A DNA stretch of 64,000 bases from the human T2T-CHM13v2.0 reference genome, Homo sapiens (GCF_009914755.1 NC_060929.1); one strand, 5' to 3'; counted from the stretch's first letter, positions 41,480 through 54,472 are shown. Notes: generated from the letters alone by a model not told the origin. Numbers and translations are program-made.

Positions 41480-41965
41480 AGCCCTCGTCAGGTACTTTAA
41501 TAGGAGGAGTTTAATATGCTAAATTCATAATAAAGGTGTTATTAGAAGAGCTATAACCACTCAAAGATGGGGTCGATGGGAGAAAGGGAGGTGGTAGTGT
41601 TTCTAGAGCCTGCGATCTTGGGTAATAAGGATAGGAATTGAGACCACTGAAGAGATATAACAACTGCTGGGCATGGTCCAGAGCAGGAGAGGGGAACTAG
41701 CACCCTTGCTTCTGTCTTCCTTCCAGCCTCCAGTGTCTTTCCAGCACTTGTTATGGCAGCCCTAGCAAACTAATACACCAGGATAGGAGTTAGACTTTGG
41801 GTAAACCCTTCCCTTAGGATGGCTGGAGGGAGCATACCCCACCCTGGCGTTCCCACTCATCACAGGTCAGCCAGAAGCATTGCTGAGCAGAACTGAAGGC
41901 AAGTGGCAAGGAGGTGTGGGAAACATGGTTTGCTGGTGTCGGCTCCTTGGATGATGGAGGCAGGG
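41480..41965. mobile_element. Old ERVL/MaLR LTR remnant (LTR33/LTR78-like) hosting a templated insertion
   Basis: CTTCCAGCCTCCAGTGTCTTTCCAGCAC...CATTGCTGAGCAGAAC..TGGCAAGGAGGTGTGGGAAACATGGTTTGC. Confidence 0.5.
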
Positions 41966-41969
41966 GAGG

Positions 41970-42623
41970 AGTATTAGTTTCCTTTTGCTGCTGTAACAAA
42001 TTACCACAGACTTAATGGCTAAAATCAGCACAGAGTTATTTCCTTATAGTTCTGGAGGTTAGAAGTCTACAATCAAGGTGTTGGCAATGCTGCATTTCTT
42101 CCAGAGGCTTCTAAGGAAAATCTGTTTTCTCACCTATGCCAGCTTCTAGAGTCTGTCTGCCTTTCTGGGCTCACTGCCCCTTCCTTCATCTTCAAGATGC
42201 ATCTCTTTAACTCAGTTTCATGGGCACATCTCCTTTTTTGACTTTGACTCTCTTACCTCTCTCTTGTGATTACATTGGACCCACTAAAATAATCAGGAGA
42301 ATCTTTCCATTCAAGATTTTGTTTTTATTATACTTTAAGTTGTAGGGTACATGTGCACAATGTGCAGGTTTGTTACATATGTATACATGTGCCGTGTTTG
42401 TTTGCTGCACCCATTAACTCATCATTTACATTAGGTGTTTCTCCTAATGCCAACCCAAATGTCCATCAGTGATAGACTGGATTAAGAAAATGTGGCACAT
42501 ATTCTCCATTCAAGATTCTTAACCACATCTCCAAAGTCCCTTTTGCCATGTAAGGTAACATTTTCATAAGAGCCAGAAATGGGGATGCGGACATTTTGGG
42601 GGGCCATTATTCTGCCTATCACA
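41970..42623 (-). mobile_element. MLT1C/D-type MaLR LTR interrupted by a short L1
   Basis: GTATTAGTTTCC..GCTGTAACAAATTACCACA..AGTTCTGGAGGTTAGAAGTC...GGGGGCCATTATTCTGCCTATCACA. Confidence 0.88.
42319..42504 (-). mobile_element. Short L1PA insertion with 5' inversion (twin priming)
   Basis: L1 3' end on minus (42321-42450) joined to a plus-strand L1 ORF2-end segment (42451-42501); TSD TCCATTCAAGATT (42306-42318/42505-42517). Confidence 0.92.
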
Positions 42624-42755
42624 GAAGGGAAGGTAACAGACATGGGGTCATCAAGCAAGTGACAAAGGCCTCCTGCTAGCTCTTAATAGGCCTTTTCTAT
42701 CCTTTCCAGATGCTCCTTTGCACACAATTCCATGGCATTTCAACTAGCTCAAGTC

Positions 42756-43045
42756 TTTTTTCTTTCTTTTTTTTTTTTTGAGACTCTGTTGCCCAGGCTG
42801 GAGCGGTGTGATCACAGATTATTGCAGCCTTGACTTCCCATGTTGAGGCAATCCTCCCATCTCAGCCTCATGAGTAGCTGGGACCACAGGCACATGCTAC
42901 CATGCCTGGGCTAATTTTTTTATATTTTGTATAGACAGGGCTTCCATGTTGCCCAGGCTAGTCTCAGAATCCTGGGCTCAAGCAATCTGCCCACCTTGGC
43001 CTCCCAAAGTGCTGGGGTTACAAGCATGAGTCACTGCACCTGGCC
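42756..43045 (-). mobile_element. AluJ
   Basis: Poly(T) + dimeric Alu with J diagnostics (GCAGCCTTGAC, CTGGGCTCAAGCAATC, GTTGCCCAGGCT). Confidence 0.92.
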
Positions 43046-43357
43046 TGCCCAATTCTTATACAATATCTGTTGGATCACTGTTTTGGAGGCAAGTTTGCCC
43101 GTTTACAGGGTACTACAATGAAGGCTTAGTGAAATGTTATCCTAGAATACCTTCTTGGAAACTTTGATTTAGTTGAATTATTTTTGAACCCGGCAGTTGC
43201 TGAGATGGAATCAGAGGGTGGAGAGGAAAGGAATAGGGTTTGTTTCAGCCCAGGAGCCTCTAGACGTTGACAAGCCGACCCCTAGGTGAGGAGAACCCTG
43301 TATGTAAGCTGAGCAGTTGTCAGGACAAAGGCTTAGTGTTTTAGTCTGCATCCCATT

Positions 43358-43359
<2 letters not shown>

Positions 43360-43408
<49 letters not shown>
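43360..43408. repeat. (TG)n microsatellite
   Basis: Direct reading, more than 20 units. Confidence 0.97.
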
Positions 43409-44108
43409 TGCAGCTTCTGTGGGAAGCACACCAGCAGGAGCCTTCTTGTCTTTAAACCCTTCCCTTGGGATGGCTGGAGGGAGCATGCCTCACCCTGGTG
43501 CTCCCACTCATCACAAGTCAGCCACACACAGAGGTGAGCTGTTCCTGGAGAAAGTGAAGACCCAATTAGACAACAGGTCTACTCTATGCAATTGGAAAAT
43601 CTGAACATATTTTTCGGGGAAAACAAAATCAAAACCCTAGTAACAGAAAGTTTATAAACAACTGCTTCTCTCCTTCTCTATTTTTGCATGTTCTGAGAGT
43701 TCTGAGCAACTGTCTCTCCCTCCCTCTAATGAAGTCCAACAGAAGCTTCTGATTTTGTGGGTGGCAATGTCTTCCATGTGTGGCTTCCTAAGAAAACACC
43801 CTTGGGATGAAGGTGGTGTAGTGCAGTGTATTTTCCAAAGCAATCTTATCCCTGTTAATTTTATCAAGAAATTTATAAAGAACAATAACTGTGAGACAAA
43901 CTTAGATGCAACTAGGCCCTATCCAAGGCTGGTTTCTAAACTTTTTTTTTTTAAATTCATTGAGAATAGTCTCTTCAACCTCCACCTTTTTAGTTGCAGT
44001 GGTCTAGATTGTGCTAGAGTGTATTGAGTGAATGCATGGGCTATAAGCAGAAATTCAAATTTTCTGAAGGGTGTAGGTGCCTCTATTTCAGGAACATAAT
44101 AAGCACTC

Positions 44109-44480
44109 TGGTATGGTTGGGCTCTGTGTCCCCACTCAAATCTCATGATGAATTGTAATCCCCAGTGCTGGGGGAGGGACCTGGTGGGAGGTGATTGGAT
44201 CATGGGGGTGGATTTCTCCCTTGCTGTTGTTAGTGAGTGAGTTCTCTGTTTGAAAGTGTGTAGCACTTCCCCCTTCGCTCTCTCTCTCTCCTGCTTTGGC
44301 CATGTGAAGACTGCCTGCTTCCCCCTTTTACCTCCTGCCATGATTGTAAGTTTCCTTGGGCCTCCCCGGAAGCACAAGCCTGTGTAGCCCACAGAACCAT
44401 GAGCTGATTAAACCTCTTTTCTTAATAAATTGCCCAGTCTCAGGTAGTTCTTTATAGCAATGCAAGAATGGACTAATACA
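44109..44480 (+). mobile_element. MSTA-type MaLR solo LTR
   Basis: TGGTATGGTTGGGCTCTGTGTCCCCAC...GGACTAATACA; perfect 5-bp TSD CACTC. Confidence 0.93.
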
Positions 44481-44916
44481 CACTCACCCAGCCAGCTCTC
44501 CAACAAGAGTCTGTTTTATACAGTGTGAGGCCTGGCAGAGAAAATGGAACAAGCCATGGATGCATTCACAGTCTATCTTGGTTTTTGGAAATGGGAGTTT
44601 CAGAAAAAAGGACAGGGCTGGGATCATGAAAGGGCTTGGCCATCATATGATAACTTGTACTGACCACTACTGGTATTAGTCCACAACCTCCTGGCTGTGG
44701 CCATTTGACTAAGGCAGCCTCTTCTTGGTGTAATTCAGGATTGTGAAGATCCACAAGGAGGTGACAGTACAGTTTAACAACTGAGGAGCATCTTCTAAGG
44801 CATACAAATATCCTGGTAGGACATGAGATTTAAAAAAAAACTAATCATGGTCCAGTTCCTACATATCCTGGTGAAACATCAAAACCTTGCCAAGGATAAA
44901 GGATTTGGCTTTAAAG

Positions 44917-44917
<1 letters not shown>

Positions 44918-44964
<47 letters not shown>

Positions 44965-44991
44965 ATGAGAGAGAGAGAGAGAGACAGAGAG
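44918..44991. repeat. Compound (TG)n-(GA)n microsatellite
   Basis: Direct reading. Confidence 0.96.
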
Positions 44992-45896
44992 AATGCACAT
45001 TGGAGTCTGTGTGGTTGGCTCGGGGGAAAAGGGAGTAGTTTAGGAAAAAGGAAAGTCTGACAATAACAAGTAGAATCTGGAAACTACTTTTCTATAAAAC
45101 TTTTCAAGGGCCAAATACCTCTGCAATGTCCTCCTTCTTGGCTACTGAGTGGCATAGGTAAGTAACCAAGGAGCTGCATATGGTCTGGTTAATGTCCTCT
45201 AGCTGTATGGGACTAAATTGGTATCCTTCTGCAACGGAGGTGTATTTATGGCTAAAATGGACTCTTGGAACTGCTTCTAAATCTTTGATTCTAGGAGGTT
45301 TATTGTGCCTGCTATACCAACTGGACCCTAAGTGGTTTTAACTTCCTGGAGTTAACTGTGTCACCATGACTGCCAAATTGTAGTCCCTGGTACCTGGTTC
45401 CCTATGAAGACCACAGTGGGTGGTATGTGTGGTGGTGATGATGACATGTATGCAGGGGAAGGCAACAAGGGAGTTGTAGAGACAAATTATGGCCTATGTC
45501 TCCATTTGTCTTCTGTTCAGGCTATGGAAAAAGCACTTGAGCAAGAATCTCACTTTCTGCAAAAATAAGTCTTTCTGAAACTTTTAGCTTTTGCAGTTCT
45601 ACACAGTGAGCATGGCATCTGTGTTTTCCCATACCTGCTTACTTACCTCTGCCATGCAGAATATGCTGTAGTATTCTCATTACTGAATGGGAACGCAGAG
45701 AAAGGCTGATGGCAAGATAGCAATATTAAAGTAATATAATTTCTTGGTTCAAATAAAATATTGTATGCAAAAATGCTTAATAAACTGAAATGAATCTGTA
45801 TATTTACTTTAAGTTCAATATTTGATATGCAGTAAGAATGCTTCTTGAAATGAGAAAGTGATTTAAGGAGAGATAAAAACCAGTGTATTGACTTAA

Positions 45897-46790
45897 ATTT
45901 TTTTTAACTTGTGGCAAAATATGCATAACATACAATAAACCATCTTAACCATTTTTAAGTGGTTAAGCTCAGTAGTGTTAAGTGTATTCAGATTGTTGTG
46001 CAACCAATCCAGAACTTTCTTCGTCTTGCAAAACTGAAACTCTATTCCCATTAAATAGCTTTTATGAATTGTGCTCCTATGAACATTTATCTATGAGTAT
46101 TTGTTTGAGAACCTGTTTTTAATTCTTTTGGGTATATATCTAGCAGTGGAGTTGCTGAGTCATATGGTATCTCTATGTTTAACTTTTTGAGGAGCCACCA
46201 AATTGTTTTCCACTGGGCTGAACCATTTTACAACTCCATCAGCAACATACAAGGGTTGTGATTTCTCCGTATCTTCACCAGCACTGTTTATTTTTCATTT
46301 TAAAAAATCATAGGAATCCTAACGGGTGTGAAGTGGTTTTTCTTGCATTTCTCTAATGACTAATGATTGTTGAATATCTTTTCATGTGCTTATTTTCCAT
46401 TCATGTATTCATTTAGAGAAATGTCTATTCAAGCCCATTGCCCATTTTAAAATTGGGTTGTCTTTTTGTTGTTGAGTTATAAGAGTTTTCTAAATATATT
46501 CTGGAGATGATTTTCAAATATTTTCTCCTGTTCTGTAGGTTGTCTTTTCACCATTTTGATATTGCCCTTTGATTCATGGAAGTTTACATTTTGATGAAGT
46601 TGAATCGATTTTTTAATTTTGTTGTTCATCCTTTTGATGCTATATCTAAGAATCCACTGCCAAGTCTGAGTTCATGAAGATTGACTTTTATGTTTCTTCT
46701 AAGAGTTCTATGGTTTTATCTGTTATATCTAGGATATTGATCCATTTTGAGTTAATTTTAATGTATGCTATAAGGTAGGAACAGCTTTAT
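45897..46790 (-). mobile_element. L1MB-type 3' fragment with internal deletion
   Basis: CCATCTTAACCATTTTTAAGTG..TTGTGCAACC..TCTTGCAAAACTGAAACTCTA..TTTTGGGTATATATCTAGCAGTGGAGTTGCTGAGTCATATGG. Confidence 0.85.
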
Positions 46791-47199
46791 TCTTTGGCTT
46801 ATCAAAGCACAAAGAGGACCATCACAGGCAAATTAATTAAAGAACAGCATTTGGAAATTATTTGTCTTTCCTTCTCCCTCAGTTTAAACTGAGTTGCAGG
46901 CAGAAGTAGAATTTTCTCCTGAGATATAACTCAGAATTGTCTTCAAACCAAAATAAACTGATTGAGAAGCACTCCTAGCATTGGAGAAGAAAGGCAGAGT
47001 GAAGCAATCAATGTAAGATCTTTACAAGGATAGTATAGGGAGGAGGAGGGGAAGAAATGCAGTGGCTGACTTCAGTGTTCACTCCTAGAATAAACCCTGA
47101 GTATATCTCTTCAAGGTTGGAATTCTGACCCAGGATAATCACTTATTGGGTGGCAGGGCATGAGAGACAGGGCCGTATTGTCTGTTACAGACTGTCTCC

Positions 47200-47900
47200 A
47201 AGAGGGTTGAATAATTTCCATACTCAAAACAAGCTACCTACATACTCTGTCAAATTTCACATAACCATAAAGCACTAGCTGTTGTAACTAGGGTGTTTAT
47301 TTATTGACATAAAAACAAGAATTCTCATATACAGATTGCAAGCAGTTAACCAGGAATCACAAAACACTTGAGGAAACCCAGCACTGTGAATGAGAAAAAA
47401 TTCAGTAAGTAAAAAAACTAACACATGAGAAATTGGACTTCAAAAAGCAAACGGAAGAGTTAAAAAGTTAAATTAAAATTCTCATAAAGATTCCAGACAA
47501 TTTTACTAACATGCACTAGTAATAGAATGGCATAAAAAATCAATTAAAATTATTGGTGTTTAAAAGTGAAAGAATAATTTTAAAAAGTCAAACCTCAGAT
47601 CAGATGCATGTGAGGATGGCTGCAGATGAAGAAGCAATATGAGCTGGAATATGTAGTGGGGAAAATGCCCCAGAACTCAGCCCACACATGCAAAGAGAAA
47701 AATGTGTGAAAGAAAAGTTAAGATAAAATTGTTTGAAACTTAGAGTTCTTTATCCAAAAAGATACAAAAGCGTTTGAGAAAATAGAGATATTATTACACA
47801 ATAATATTACTGTCTGTGGGCTTTCTCTGAAGGAATCCTTAGAGGATGTACTCAATCAAGACAAAACAATTAAGAAGGAGGAGGAAGACTTGAGATAAAA
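47200..47900 (+). mobile_element. Very old L1M 5'/ORF1 remnant
   Basis: A-rich, with CAAAACACTTGAGGAAA and TCAGATCAGATGCATGTGAGG..GAGCTGGAA patterns. Confidence 0.45.
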
Positions 47901-47919
47901 GAAGTTTGTTCTTTGTTTC

Positions 47920-50900
47920 CTTTACTGTTTTGCTTGTTTTAGCTGAAACTTGGCTCTTCCTTGAGAGCATGTTTCTTTCTGTAAAGCCCCTTGACACCAA
48001 AAAGCTTGAAGTTGGGGTGACTGTTTTTCTTATCCTTGGTTGCTATTCAAACAAAATTTCCTCCTTCCCTAAAAATCCTAGTTATTTTGAAGTGCTTCAG
48101 CTGCACTCCACACAGCCTTTCCTTGTTGCAGAAATTCCCTCACAATTTAAGTACTCCTTTTCATTCATTGAAGGTTTGCTCTCTTCCTCTGCATACTTAA
48201 ATCATAATTTTTGCTAACCTCATCATCACTTAGTTCTGAGCCTTCTCATTTCCTATGATCATTTATTTTTTCACTCCCATGGTCATGCTCTAGACCTTGT
48301 CCTAGACAGCAACTACCAACACCGGAATTTCAATGTCAAGCTGAGTTCAACCTCCTGAGTTTCCAGCACACTAATCCGGCAGCTTGATGGTAACAATATT
48401 TCAACTCTTTGGAAAACTTTAATCTTTTAACCTGCCAGTTTTCTCTGTGTTACAGCCTACTTCTCATCTCTCTTCACTTCTCTCCTTACTCAGCTTAGAG
48501 TCCATGGTCCTTCGTCATGATTACACACTTGTAAACACCCCATCCCCTTTTCAACTCTTGCTTTTTACAGGAAAAAAAAAATCCCAGTTAAATTTCCAAC
48601 TTTTAAAAATCCACATCTAAGCCACTGATGTAAATAGAGTAGAACACAATGTTTCTATCTGGTCTTATTTTATGCTTGCTGTCAAGCATGCTGTCATTTC
48701 ATGCTTGTTGTCATTATTACTCAATAATTCCAACATGTATCCCTAATAAATATTCTTTTCAATATTTTTGATGAGTGTTTCATGTTTCCTTCTTCCTCTT
48801 TAAATCCTCCAATGTTCCCCACCCACCCCTGCTTAGCTGATGTATTTGAGTCTATTTTGTTGAAAATAAAAAAGAGAATAAGGGAATACACCCTCAAATA
48901 TCTGCTGACCTACCTGTATCTGTACCCACGTTCTCCAACTTGCCTCTTACTACAATGGAGAGATTGTCATGTTCTTAACTAAGGTGAATCTCTCTACTCA
49001 TGCACTAGACTCCATCCTATTTACCTACTCCAGGACTCCTCTCTGATTTTTTCCCATTCAATTTCACATCATCACATTTCTTATATATCAGATCATCCCC
49101 GAAGGCTACTAAAATGTAATATTCTAAGTCTTGAAGAAAAAATTTTCTGTTGACACTACATTCTCCTTCAGTTGCCCTTTGTTCCAGGCAAAAACTACCA
49201 TCACTTTCTTTCTCTTTATAACAGACTTTCCTGGAAGAGGTATCTATACTCACTGTCTCTACTGCTTTACTTCCCATTCTTCATACAACCTAATTTAGCC
49301 AGGTTTTTAAACCACATATTCTCCAAAAAACACTCTTAGTTTCGTTGATAATGATCAATTCTTCAAGTCCAATGATCAATGCTCTGATCTTACAAGAATC
49401 TTTTAGCAGCATTATAATCTAGGAACCCTCCCCTTTTTCTTACATCTCTTCTTTTTGTGGTTTCCAGGGTGCTACATTCCTGTTTTTCTTCTGCCTCACT
49501 ATCTGGCCTTCTCTGCTTTCCTTACTAATTCTTTTAACTTTTTCTTATCTTTGTGTTTCAAAATGACCTTTTCCACATTTCATTACATCCCACTGAACAT
49601 GACTTTTGACCAAGGAACTCATTTTACCGTAAAAGAAGAAAGGCAAATATAATATAAAAATCAATTATGTCAAGGGAAAGGGAGAGAAAAAATTGGTCAA
49701 AATTCGCAAATATATGCACTTCAAAATAATAAAGAAAATATGCATAGTTGCTGCATTTTTGTTTATTCAACTGGTCATGAAGCTGAAGTTAGAATTTATA
49801 ACTATATTCATCCATGTTCTCTTTGTCCTCATCCAGGAGCTCATTTTGTCAGGATATCTTCTACCTGGAGTGGTGAACAAACTGTCTTTCCTGAAAGGTC
49901 TGAGATCTCTTAATTATGTTCAGCTTCTTTAGGACCTTAATCTTTTGGGGTCCTGTTTATATCGGGTTATTTTAAAACTTTTATCACAAGGCATAGTTTA
50001 GTAAAAGATGCTTCAGGGAATTTCCCTGGGTTCCTGACATCGTCTTTCTTCCCCTTTGTTCAGCAGCAGTCCTAATGTCCTTTGACAATTAGTAGTCATC
50101 ATTTCAGGCAGGAGAATAATACCCTTTAAAAATGGTTAGTTCACTGGCAGGAGAGGCCGTAAATGTCCAGGTGTCCAGTTGTGACTTCCCATTCAGTAGA
50201 ACACTTGCTGTGTCTCGTGGTGGGACTGCTTTTCTCTTGGCGGGTAATACCTCTGTCCATCAGACTCCAAAGACATGGGGAAGGTAGCGAACCTTTCATG
50301 AGTGGTTCATAAGATGTGCTAAGAAGACAAGTGACTCGTATTTCTATCTTGGGCTCCTAGACTTCATGTAACTATGTCTAGTCACAATATTGGGACAGTA
50401 ACACCTTTTATTGGATATTCTTTGGCAACATATGCAACAACTTGTAGGACTGCACTGTAGCTTTGCTAGGTGCTGTTTCCCAAGTGGTGCTATAATTGAG
50501 TTTTCAATAAGCTGTTCCATCATCCTGAACCACCAGCTTCTTCTGGGTGATGGGGTACATAATAAGACCAGTGGATCTTGGTGGCACAAGCCCATTTCCT
50601 ACCTTGCATATTTCATCTCTCACAAGAGTTCATCACATTGGCTGAATCTAACTGTATCCAGAAACTTGCTGGCAAGGAAGTCTAAGAAATGTAGATTTCC
50701 AGCCTACAATGTGATATTGAGGAAAGCATAGAAAGGAGTGGGATGAATGCTGATTACAGTAGACAATGTTAGTATGCACAGCTTGCTCTGCTACATGATA
50801 TAGGTCTCTGCACAGATATAACTTTTGTAAAAAGAACTTCCTTGGCCACATTATCCAGAATGTTACCTTTCTTCCTTCATCTCTCCTTACTTTGGTTTAT

Positions 50901-51065
50901 TTCATAAAGCAAATACAGCTATGTAAAATAACGATGTTTAGTTAGATGCTTACTTGTTTATTGCCCGTTTCTCCCAACACTTGAGCTCCATGAGGGTAGG
51001 GCACATGGTCCTAGAACAATTCTGGAAATGGAGGAAATAAGCAGATATTTGTTAAGTGAATGAAA
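47920..51065 (+). mobile_element. Long L2 remnant (ORF2 region to 3' end), interrupted by ERVL sequence at ~49570-50800
   Basis: LAETWL endonuclease-like motif (ORF 47906-48217), pyrimidine-rich L2 body, and 3' end GAGCTCCATGAGGGTAGG..TATTTGTTAAGTGAATGAA. Confidence 0.7.
49575..50790. mobile_element. ERVL/MaLR internal (integrase) remnant plus LTR piece, internally rearranged
   Basis: + strand DQGTHFTVKEERQ (49608-49646); - strand WACATKIHWSYYVPHHPEEAG..WNSLLK from 50594 leftwards; LTR-like CATTGGCTGAATCTAA..GGCAAGGAAGTCTAAGAAATGTAG at ~50635-50700. Confidence 0.7.
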
Positions 51066-51134
51066 GAGACAATGATGAATGGTGGAACAACTAGTTAAAG
51101 AAAATACTACTAGCTAAAGAAAATGGTTGGGAAA

Positions 51135-51385
51135 AACAGCCCTCACCTCCTCCTCTTTTTCCTTCTCTCTCTTTTGTTCTTTTTTCCTCTTTTCTTCTCC
51201 ATGCGATGCATGCTCATCTTTGCCTTCTGCTATGAGTGGAATCTTCTTGAGACTCTCACCAGAAGTAGGTGCTGACACCATACTTCTTGTACAGCTTGAA
51301 GACCTGTGAACCAAGTAAGCCTCTTTTCTTTATAAATTACCCAGTCTCACATATTCCTTTACAGCAACACAGACAGTCTAAGACA
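51135..51385 (+). mobile_element. MST-family LTR 3' half
   Basis: TTTGCCTTCTGCTATGAGTGGAA..AATTACCCAGTCTCA..CAGTCTAAGACA. Confidence 0.8.
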
Positions 51386-51659
51386 ATGATAAACCTAGAA
51401 TTTGATTCCAGATGATTTTAACATAGGAGAAAAAGGGAAGTGCAGAAGGGATTTTAAAATGTGCTAATATTCTTGTCTTTTTCTTTATGTGTGTATGTAA
51501 TTGTGTGTGCGAAGATGGGATACAGATACTTATTAGCATTGGAGATTGATAGGCAAACGTATTTAAATCTATATGTTAAATTTTAATACTGAGAATCTTC
51601 TAGTTAAAGTTGGCAAATCAAACATAGTGAATCCACTCCATTTCAAATGTTTGTTATAA

Positions 51660-53700
51660 TTACAGGAAAAAGATTTTTTAAGGCTATCATTCACAAAGTA
51701 AAGAGACTTGGAAAGGAGAAAACAGCAACAGTGTTCTGGGAGCTGGAAAGTGGAAGAATGAAGGGCTGCTGACCTAGCAAAACACCGAGAGCTGAATTTT
51801 AAATTGGCCTTGGGGAAAGTGAAGAAGCAAACCGATATATACTATGGAATCCCCACATCACAGGAATTGGCAGCATGAGGTGCCCGTGGAAGTGGGAGGT
51901 GGAGGTAGGGCCTAGCCCTGTGTGGTGGGTTGAAACCCTATTTATAAGTAGTAGGCTTTTAAATCCTAATCCAATCCATGTAGCTGCAGCTTGTCTCATC
52001 CCCTCCTGAAAGTGGCTGAAAATTTATTGTCTGAAGTATATAAACAGAGGGTCTGGACTGGGGCACACAGGCATATTTGAGGGTGGGGTACCACATTAAA
52101 GTAAGTGGTAAAGTGCAAGTCTACTGCCTGACTGTGAAGACCAGCAATCTTCACAGATTTCCCCATTTGCTGCCACAATTCCTAGCTAGAATTAAGCCCT
52201 CCTAGCATAGCACGAGCAGCCTAGAGAAGACCTAAAACAGATTGACACTGAGCCTTCCCCAGCAGGATGTACAACCAGAGTTCCCCTCACTGTGAAGCTC
52301 CATGCACAGAACACACACCCAGCTTTGGAGCCCCTCACTCTTAATTGTAAATGAATGATAAGAAACACTAGACATTTAAGGAAAGCCTCTAACATGAAAG
52401 CCAGAGACCAGGAAACAAACAAATAAACAAACTAAAAAAAGCAACTTGAAAAAAATAGAGACTATGCAGGAAAATGGAAACTTAAAAGAAACCAAACAGA
52501 ACGCACTATTTTCATTAATGTCCTTGGAAAAAGAAGATATTTCATTTATGAAATAAAAGACAGGAAGCTATAAACGTAAGACATTTAAAAGACAAAAATA
52601 AAGTCTTTTGGAAATTAAAAATATGAAAACAAATTTCAAACACAGTAGAAGATTTAGAAGATAAAATTGAAAAAATTTCCTTGCAAGTACATAGCAAGAA
52701 GACCAAAGGATAGATTGAAGAGAAAATAAAAGAAATATAGAGAACTGAGTCAAGAGTTCAAGATATTTCAGAAAGTATGAATAAAGAAAGTAGAGAAGAG
52801 GATATTTTTAAATACTTCAAGAAAAATCTCCAAAGCTGAAGAACTGAGCTTTAAGATTAAGAGAATACATCAAATGCTCAACACAAATGGGTGAGAAAGT
52901 TCATAGCAGTGTGGTCAAAGCAAAGTCCTAAAAGCTGAGAGGGAAAGGCAGGAGGGGATGTTATGCTTTTATAAGTTTTCATATTTTTATAATCATGAGG
53001 AGAATAAATAAGATTTATATACCTTACCACATACAAATTAAAAATTTATATCCACAGTGAAACCATTCTTGAATGCCAAGCATAAGACGAGAAGAAAATA
53101 GTTGTAATATATACCACAAATAAAGGCTTTAATCTGTATTTTATGGAGAATATCTACAAGTCAATGGGAAAAAGGCATTCTAATAAGAAAATGGGAAAAG
53201 GCTAATGGAGAAAAACAAATGCTCTAAAAATAAATGAAAAGATGTTTAATCCTACTGGTAATCATAGAAATCTGAATTGAAATATGTAGAGTCTATTTTT
53301 TTTGCCTATCACATTGGAAAAACATTTAATTATTAGTAGTATCCATTGTGTCAGTGCAGGTTGGGAAGGGGTGTGAAGGAATGCATACTCTCATACACTA
53401 GGTAGGAAGGCAAATGGCTTTTAAAAAGGAATTTTGTAGTATTTATTAAAATAACAATGTGTAAACCCTTTGACTAATCAAATATCCTGAATATCTGTCC
53501 TACAGAATACTCCTGGATGAGCATTGAGAAATGTTTATAATTATGTTCAGTATAGATTGTTTACAATGATAAAACGTGAAGGAATCTAAGTGTCCACCAA
53601 TAGGGGATGGGTTAACAATCATAGTTCATACCACAAAAGAGAACATACTCATGAAAAAGAGAGGGCCCAGTCTCTCTGTATTAACTTTCTACAAAACAGT
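51660..53700 (+). mobile_element. Old L1M fragments (5'UTR/ORF1 ~51660-52930; ORF2 3' part ~53000-53700)
   Basis: CACTAGACATTTAAGGAAAGCCTCTAACATGAAAG, GATTTAGAAGATAAAATTGA, ATGAAAAGATGTTTAATCCTACTGGTAATCATAGAAAT, AAGTGTCCACCAATAGGGGATGG. Confidence 0.65.
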
Positions 53701-54472
53701 ACAAGGGAATTTCAGGCAGTACTAATAGATACTGAGGATCGCAGTGTTTTGCTGACGAGCATAGTTGCTATGGAAATTTAAGTAAACCAAAACTCCCTTG
53801 GGGAATGTATTAGTCTTAGCTGGCTTTCTTGAAGCAGTGAGTAGGTGGGAAGTAAGTGTTAGGCTAGGAAAGACTAGAAAAGCAGGCATTTCAGGAGGGT
53901 AAAATAAGGCCATGGTTAGCGTGCAAAAAGCAGAAAAAGGGGAAACGAATCACTCATAGAGGATGGATGAGCGACCTTCTCACTGAGGGTGAAAGAGCAT
54001 GGTAGAATCATGTCTTCAAAACAGAAGACAGTCTCTTGAAGAATGTTGCTGGCTTGCTGTTTTCTTTAGCTTAAGAGAATCAAGAGACTTAAGTAGAAGA
54101 TTCTTTGGTGAATAGATGATTTGTACAGGAGAAAGGTCTTGATTGTGATTGTCTTCAAACCATGGAAGAAATCATGTGGAGGAGCTCTGTAATTTCCACC
54201 CCCCAAGATAAGTTAAAATAGGATAGTCTCTCCCTTACATAGTTCAGATCAGGTTTTGGAAACCTTAAAATGCAGTTTCCAAAGTTCTAACTTCTCACCT
54301 GCTGGCAGTAAGAGGGCAGCAAATCACATCCTGTATCCTGACTGTTCTCTGCAGGTGTGAGTGGGGAATTGGTGTGGCAGGGGGAAGTTTTGATGGTAAA
54401 ACGAGCAAAGCTTTATCCCTTGCCCATCGATGCCCTGGAATGCAGTGAGGAGAGGACAGTGGTGATAAACCT

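Noticed and set aside
41747-41873. Spliced retrocopy origin of the composite insert
   Set aside because: No GT/AG at the source boundaries on either strand, no poly(A), no TSD.
43919-44392. 157-aa ORF
   Set aside because: Mostly antisense MSTA LTR sequence; a near-identical pseudo-peptide arises from the other MSTA at 62558-62872.
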